Below the pieces are notes generated by a model, which saw nothing but the letters and a program-made list of their open reading frames with translations, made no database searches and was not told the DNA's origin. Both the position numbers and the translations under genes were made by a program. Shown in pieces: positions 47,850 to 53,303 of a stretch of 53,303 nucleotides of DNA. Each line of letters starts with the position of its first letter. The stretch's first letter is position 1. Where the stretch lies: the NCBI GenBank assembly GCA_964106645.2, contig CAXKZF020000136.1; one strand, given 5' to 3'. This DNA is from Podarcis pityusensis (taxonomy: Eukaryota).

Positions 47850-49257
47850 TCTGCACGAGCTTTTTGTACGCTGTCGATAACCAGTCTGTGGGCGGTGGGT
47901 GGGAGCCTCGAGTTCGTACGTGATGCTTGGTATATCCCGCATAAGGGCGTAAAGTTCCAGGCAGGTGAGTCCACATCACTTACCGAATGAACCTGAGACT
48001 AGCCATCTCAGGAAGCCACGCTGGAGCTGCGTGCCTTCACAAATGGGGGCTGGCGCGGCTGCACCAGGGGCTGCGAGGGGAAGTGCCTCGCTTCTACCTA
48101 ATCTTCACCTGAAGGTTGGGCGACACGGACACGGGTACCAGGTGACCTGGGATGCCCTGCCGTACCAGAACACCGCAGGGGCAGCTCTCGGGGCTTCGCA
48201 AGAGTTGAACCTGCGCCCGACAGGTGGGCTGGCATGCACGACCGCGAGGCGTGCGCGTGAACGATGCGGACCCGGGTGGTCCCCAGGACGCAGACGTTCA
48301 CCGGTACTCCCCGGGGCAACCTGAGGAGATCGCTGGATAGCTCAAGCCGCACCCCAGGCGGCTGTCGGGTCTGCACAACCTTCGGGTTGTGGCGAGCACG
48401 TGCCCTTAAGGCCTACTTCTTGTGAGGGGGTAGGCGTCGGGCCTAGAGGATGAGGCGCTGGTAATCCGGGAGTTCGGAACATTTGCCCGGGGAGAAGCTG
48501 CAACGCGAGACCACAACGGTCAGGCGTCCTCATCCTGGGAAAGGGCGGGCGACTCGTTCACCAACAGTGACAGGGTCAGTACGGCTAACGTGGGAAGCTC
48601 TCCCCAAAACCATCAGGGCTGGGAGAGTGGGAGACTGAGCCAGTAGACGTCAAGGGTGCCGCGAGCGACCGTAAGGTCTAAACCGAACGCGAGCGACACA
48701 CCGAAGCCCGCAAGGGGTCAAGTCGAAAGCTCAGGGCGTGACATTTTCGGCTGCGATGTGGACTAGCCTCGCCGGACGCGAGGACACCAACCGTCACGTA
48801 TGGAAGTGCGTGAACGCGTGACCTGGAGAGATGCCTGGCAGCATCCCGAAAGGTCGCATCACCAGAGACGAACGAGTCTGGTCGCCCGTTTGTCTCGCGC
48901 GTGAACGTTCCAGCCTGTAGCCGCCGAGGCTAAACGGTGCCGTCCCTTCTCGAGGACGTGAATCTAGAGACCTACTCGGATTGAGTCCTGTCACACTCAG
49001 GTCAAGGTGTCGCTGGTAACTGCGCTGGCGTTACACCCCCGCAGCTCTGCTGTCGCACGCAGGTTCCTGTGCACGCCGACACGACGGCGCTAACCACGTG
49101 GAAGCCCGTCGCACCAAGGGCTCTAAAGAGTGCCTGCCAGACCCGGAGGCGAAAAACTGGGTAGCGTGACCTAAGGGTCGCGTGGGGTGTCACCGTAACC
49201 GGGACACTAACAGATCGTGGATGTGAGCTCTGCTCCGTCCACGATCTTCCCTTTTTT
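47850..49257 (+). ncRNA. Large structured RNA; candidate circularly permuted (CP) group II ribozyme with D5-D6 at the 5' end
   Basis: No credible ORF. D5-like hairpin 48024-48061 with AGC triad and 2-nt bulge; D6-like hairpin 48066-48099 with bulged A48096, ending CUACCUAAU; UUCG/GNRA tetraloops, G-U pairs that work only on +, long-range helices; terminal hairpin plus U-tract. Confidence 0.75.
49212..49257 (+). terminator. Intrinsic terminator-like hairpin ending the large RNA (duplicate at 306-351)
   Basis: AGATCGTGGATG...CGTCCACGATCT stem followed by TCCCTTTTTT. Confidence 0.6.
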
Positions 49258-49364
49258 GAGGGGCTTATGCAGCCTTCGGGCCGAACTACTGCGTCAAACC
49301 CGAAACACTTTTCGCCAGGTGTTGCAGCCGCGATTCTCAGACTTTCTTGTAATAAAAGGCGAAG

Positions 49365-49907
49365 TTAATCGGTCGCCCCACCAAACTGCTTGTTCTGACG
49401 CGTCTTTTTTAGAAACTTCTCGAGTCGGGCCTGAAACACTTCAGGTTTACGCCGCATCTCCTCGATATAACTGATACGGACGCGCTTATACATTTCAGAA
49501 AAGGCTTCAAAATGAGCCCAGGTTTCGGGGTTGGCTTGTAGTGCGCTCAAAATGTCTGCCGCGATGTAATCGTCTTCGAGCGAGAGGTCAGGTAGCGTCG
49601 CACGTCCCGCCTCGGTCATCTTGCCTTCGTCGATCAGACGGCGGGCACGTATCTTATTTAGTTCGGTCCAGTGGCTGCGCTTACGCCTCGGCGTGTACCG
49701 CTTGACTAAATGGGTGGGGTTGATGCGTTTGCCAAAACCATCGATCCAACCAAAACATAGCGCCTCCTCAACGGCCTCGAGGTACGACACATTAAGCTGC
49801 TCTTTGTCCGTCACCAACCAGATTTCGGTTTTTTTGTCGTGATGCTCAAAGAGCCACCGACGCCACGCGGCGCGGTCGGGGGCGTGAAACGTTTCAGTAA
49901 TGTCCAT
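49365..49907 (-). CDS. YdeI/OmpD-associated protein (overlap duplicate)
   Basis: Identical to 459-1001. Confidence 0.85.
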   Translation of the reverse strand: MDITETFHAPDRAAWRRWLFEHHDKKTEIWLVTDKEQLNVSYLEAVEEALCFGWIDGFGKRINPTHLVKRYTPRRKRSHWTELNKIRARRLIDEGKMTEAGRATLPDLSLEDDYIAADILSALQANPETWAHFEAFSEMYKRVRISYIEEMRRKPEVFQARLEKFLKKTRQNKQFGGATD

Positions 49908-50101
49908 CTTCTACCTCTTGAGGCGTCATACATGCATCAACTTTGCCACTAATTTTAGCGTGCGCAACATGCAAGTTTGATAGATAAAAAGAGAGCGATA
50001 GACTTCAGAGCTTTCGGACGTTTCAGGTGTCCGAGCCCCAAGTCGAAATAACTTGACAACACCCGTTGGCCCAGGTCTACCGCTCCTGTTTGGTCAACGG
50101 C

Positions 50102-50539
50102 TCAGGCGTCGGCCCGAACTTCCAGAATCCAGGTCACGCCGAACTGATCTCTAAGCATTCCGTAGAGCGGCGAGCCCCACGCCGAAGGACCCACGTCCAC
50201 CGTGACGGTTGCGCCGTCCTTGAGCCCGTCCCAGTAGGCCGTCATCTCGTCGGTCGAGTCGCCGTTAAGTGCGACAAAGAGCGCCTTGTCGCCTTGATCG
50301 TACGACATGGCAGCCGGGACGTCGTAGCCCATCACATGAAAACCTTTGTCGCTCATAACCTGGCCCCACATGATCTCGTCGGCTTCGTCTTCGGTCGCCA
50401 TACCGCCCTCGCTCTGCATGTTGTGTCCGTCCTTATAGGTGAGGAGGGTGATCTCGCCGCCGAAGACGGACTGGTAGAACTCGAGCGCGGTGCGGGCGGT
50501 GTGACGGTAGTTGAGGTGAGTCGTGGTCGTGATAGCCAT
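50102..50539 (-). CDS. VOC family protein (overlap duplicate)
   Basis: Identical to 1196-1633. Confidence 0.85.
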   Translation of the reverse strand: MAITTTTHLNYRHTARTALEFYQSVFGGEITLLTYKDGHNMQSEGGMATEDEADEIMWGQVMSDKGFHVMGYDVPAAMSYDQGDKALFVALNGDSTDEMTAYWDGLKDGATVTVDVGPSAWGSPLYGMLRDQFGVTWILEVRADA

Positions 50540-51015
50540 TGATGTCTCCTTTATAAATAGGGTGTAGGTAGGGGTACCTTCGGAAGATTTTACGGTTACC
50601 GCTGTAGCCTCCAGCTTGACCTCGTTTTGGGTCTTCTAAAGTCTACGGGCGAGTGTAGGTCAGGGTCAGTCTTGAGTTTGTGTCTTACTTTGCCGTGTTA
50701 GAGCTCGAGACAAGTTCACCCTAGCTGAGGCAAGCCTGTAAGTGGCTACTGAACTCCGGGTGGTCTTGCAGCTGATGTCCTCAGCTTTTCAACAGCTCAA
50801 TGACCATCTCTGTTACACACCGTTTTATGCAGTGGTTGAGCGCGTTGTCTGCATATCCCTATGAGGTGCCACTCATAGATCGTGCCCGTCAAGCTTCGCT
50901 CCGTTTGGGATCTGTCATTTGTACATAGTCACATCGAAACAAAAGGGCGAAGCGCTTCGCCCTTATTTTGTCAATCATTCATCAATAACTCGTCAATTTA
51001 TTGTAAAGTAAAGCG

Positions 51016-51387
51016 ATGAGAAGCACTGCGTCCAATCTGATGTTCGGCGTGCCTACCGTTCATGACGAGACGGGCGACATACAAGTGGCTGAACTCGCCA
51101 GCCTCTTCGAGGTCAGCCAGGCACAGCTTGCCCGCATGTCGGGCGTCAGTCGTCAGCTGCTGCACCAGTCTCCTCGCTCAGTCAAGGTGCAGCGTGCCCT
51201 GAGACGACTGGAGTACCTCTTCGCCCGCACACGTAACTTGACAGGCTCACCCATCAACGCTCGCATCTGGCTCAAGATGGGCCATCCCGACCTCGAGGGC
51301 GTCGCACCTATTGAGCTGCTCGAAGAGGGACATACCGAGGCCATCGAGGACTTCCTGCTCGCCATCGAGACCGGCTCGCCCCGTTGA
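51016..51387 (+). CDS. Xre/MbcA antitoxin (overlap duplicate)
   Basis: Identical to 2110-2481. Confidence 0.85.
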   Translation: MRSTASNLMFGVPTVHDETGDIQVAELASLFEVSQAQLARMSGVSRQLLHQSPRSVKVQRALRRLEYLFARTRNLTGSPINARIWLKMGHPDLEGVAPIELLEEGHTEAIEDFLLAIETGSPR

Positions 51388-51941
51388 GCGAACGCCTGGA
51401 GCGTCTCAGCTCGCTCGAGCCCAACGCCCTCGCTGGAACAGCTTTTCGCGCAGTCAACCTGCGTTACCTCGAGACACCACTCTCCGCCGTCGGGTCGATC
51501 CTGACGGGCGGGCGCTACAACCCCAAGGGGGCGTTCGAGGTGCTCTACCTGGCTGAGAACCCCATGACCACCCTGCTCGAGGTGCAGTTCGCCGCCAGCA
51601 GCGGCGGGCGCTTCGTGGCTGAGCCCAAAGATCCCTATGTCGTCTTCAGCGTCGCATTTACGCTTCAACACCTAGTCAACCTGCACGATCCCCATAACCT
51701 TTCGGAGCTTGGTCTCTCCCCTGCCGACCTGCAACAGCCTTAGCGCTTGAAGCAGGCACGTGGTGAAAGGGTCCTCACGCACGAGTTAGGTCGGGCACTC
51801 TTTGAACGTGGGTATGAAGGCCTCAACTACCCCTCGGCCACAGACGGTACGGCGAACCTTGCGGTCTTCCCCGACAACTTGAAGCCTGGGAGCCTACTTC
51901 AGATCACTTGGGAAGGCCGTACCCTCGCGAAGGTGCCTTAG
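51384..51941 (+). pseudogene. RES toxin with one in-frame TAG (overlap duplicate, cleaner copy)
   Basis: ORFs 51384-51743 and 51747-51941 are in the same frame. Confidence 0.8.
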
Positions 51942-52308
51942 CAACGCATGTCCAAAGAGATACCAGAGCCCTATGTATATAGGGTACGGTGATCGCTCTA
52001 CTTCGCGGCAAACGTAAGCGCAGCAGCGATGTCCTCAGCTTCCAGGTACGGGTAGTCCCCTAGGATCTCCTCCTGGCTCGCTCCGGCAGCCAGCAGGTCG
52101 AGGATGTCCTTCACCCGGACTCTTAGACCACGGATGCAAGGTTTCCGCCGCACTGGTCCGGATTCACAGTGATGCGCTCTAGCTGACTCATGACCTCACT
52201 CCTCACGGACCAGTCTGCTCGCTTGATCAATAACAAACCCTAAGGTGTACCCCCGTACCACATCGCGTGCATCCCGTATTTTTTCATGTGCTCGCTGTAT
52301 CGTCAGGC

Positions 52309-53022
52309 ATGCGCCTGCACAGCCATTTCGTCGCTCTGTTTGCCCTACTGACCGCCATTGCTACAGCTCAGCAACCCCCACAGCTTGATCCATCCCGAGC
52401 CTCGGTGAACCCTAGAGCCGACGAGATCAGAACGACCGCTTGTACCGTCGAGGAAACGGACGATGACGATGAGCCCAGCAGCCGCGACCTGCCCTCACGC
52501 CAGACCCCCGAATGGCAAGCCGAGTACGCCCGCAGGCAAGCCTACAGCACGCTCTTCCCAGAGTTCCTGGCAGTCGTGCCCCTCGAGCGGGATGACGAGG
52601 TGCTCATGCCGGTCGAGGGCGTCACCATGAGCCAGGTGGCAGACACCTGGGGTGCAGCTAGAAGCGAAGGCCGGTCGCACGAAGGTACCGACATCTTCGC
52701 TGCTGAGGGCACCCCGATTTATTCCGCCACGACCGGGTACGTGCAGCGCATCGGCTCTAACCCGGTCGGCGGCAACATCGTGACCGTCATCGGTGGAGGC
52801 AGTGTGCGTTATTACTACGCCCATCTCTCGGGCTTCTCCGAGGCGCTCGAGGAGGGGCAGTACGTGACGCCCGAAACGCTCCTGGGCTACGTGGGCAACA
52901 CCGGCAACGCCATAACCACCCCGCCGCACCTGCATTTCGGCGTTTACGCTGGTGAGTCGTACCTGACGTGCGACTGGGACGCCGAGAACCCTTACTCCCT
53001 CATCGTCGATAGAGTCTGGTGA
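52309..53022 (+). CDS. M23 peptidase (overlap duplicate)
   Basis: Identical to the first copy. Confidence 0.85.
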   Translation: MRLHSHFVALFALLTAIATAQQPPQLDPSRASVNPRADEIRTTACTVEETDDDDEPSSRDLPSRQTPEWQAEYARRQAYSTLFPEFLAVVPLERDDEVLMPVEGVTMSQVADTWGAARSEGRSHEGTDIFAAEGTPIYSATTGYVQRIGSNPVGGNIVTVIGGGSVRYYYAHLSGFSEALEEGQYVTPETLLGYVGNTGNAITTPPHLHFGVYAGESYLTCDWDAENPYSLIVDRVW

Positions 53023-53303
53023 AGAACGTCATACCTGTGACGGCTGAAGTCGTTGCTGGCAGGCTTTACTCAGCCAGGGTGCGCCCGAAGAAGCTGACCA
53101 TCTGGTCGTAAGCGTCGTTTGCCGCGAAGGTTTCCTGCAGCTCACCGTCTACCAGGAAGCTGTGTGGCTCGCCCTGGTAGACGCTTAGCTCGAAAAACTT
53201 GCCCGCCTCGTCGAGCACCGTCGCGTACTCGTAGATGTCGGCAATCGGGCTCGCTTCGTCGGCCGTCCCGTGGAAGATGAGCATGGGCGCGTCGAGCTGC
53301 GAA

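Larger units (their letters stand above)
48907..53303. repeat. Terminal direct repeat, copy 2 (circular-contig overlap)
   Basis: Same sequence and ORFs as 1-4397. Confidence 0.97.

Noticed and set aside
47965-49193. Short ORFs (119, 92, 63, 66, 63 aa) within the large RNA region
   Set aside because: No recognisable domains or RBS, overlapping on both strands; the region is better explained by RNA structure
47850-49257. rRNA fragment, RNase P, tmRNA, group I intron or canonical-order group II intron
   Set aside because: I found no RNase P GAGGAAAGUCC motif, tRNA-like ends, clear group I P7 elements or rRNA signatures; no D5 near the 3' end and no interrupted host gene
1-53303. CRISPR array, cas genes, tRNA or rRNA genes, reverse transcriptase
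   Set aside because: No regularly spaced repeats, cloverleaves or RT-like ORF with a YADD-type motif seen

Overview
The window is one complete ~48.9-kb circular plasmid. Bases 48907-53303 repeat bases 1-4397, an untrimmed assembly overlap, so the unit length is about 48,906 bp. The host is most likely a Deinococcota member (Truepera/Deinococcus/Meiothermus-like), judged from the Rep type, the pilin-ComZ cluster, the PadR/permease-prefix genes and strong CTCGAG enrichment. Backbone: a Deinococcus/Thermus-type Rep, a ParA plus small RHH partition pair with TTACTCA repeats, an orphan VirD4-like coupling protein, an ArdC-like operon and a tyrosine recombinase. Cargo: six two-gene toxin-antitoxin pairs plus an orphan antitoxin, an XRE-ImmA/IrrE switch, two putative defence genes (DUF4062; nuclease-SEC-C), a minor-pilin/ComZ operon, two IS elements and many small detoxification-type enzymes. 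The main find is the ~1.4-kb stretch at 47850-49257 (continuing into 1-351), which has no credible ORF. By eye it folds on the + strand into an ornate RNA with group II intron domain 5 and domain 6 look-alikes at its 5' end. This suggests an unusually large circularly permuted group II ribozyme with no reverse transcriptase on the plasmid. All family calls come from motif recognition by eye, not database searches.
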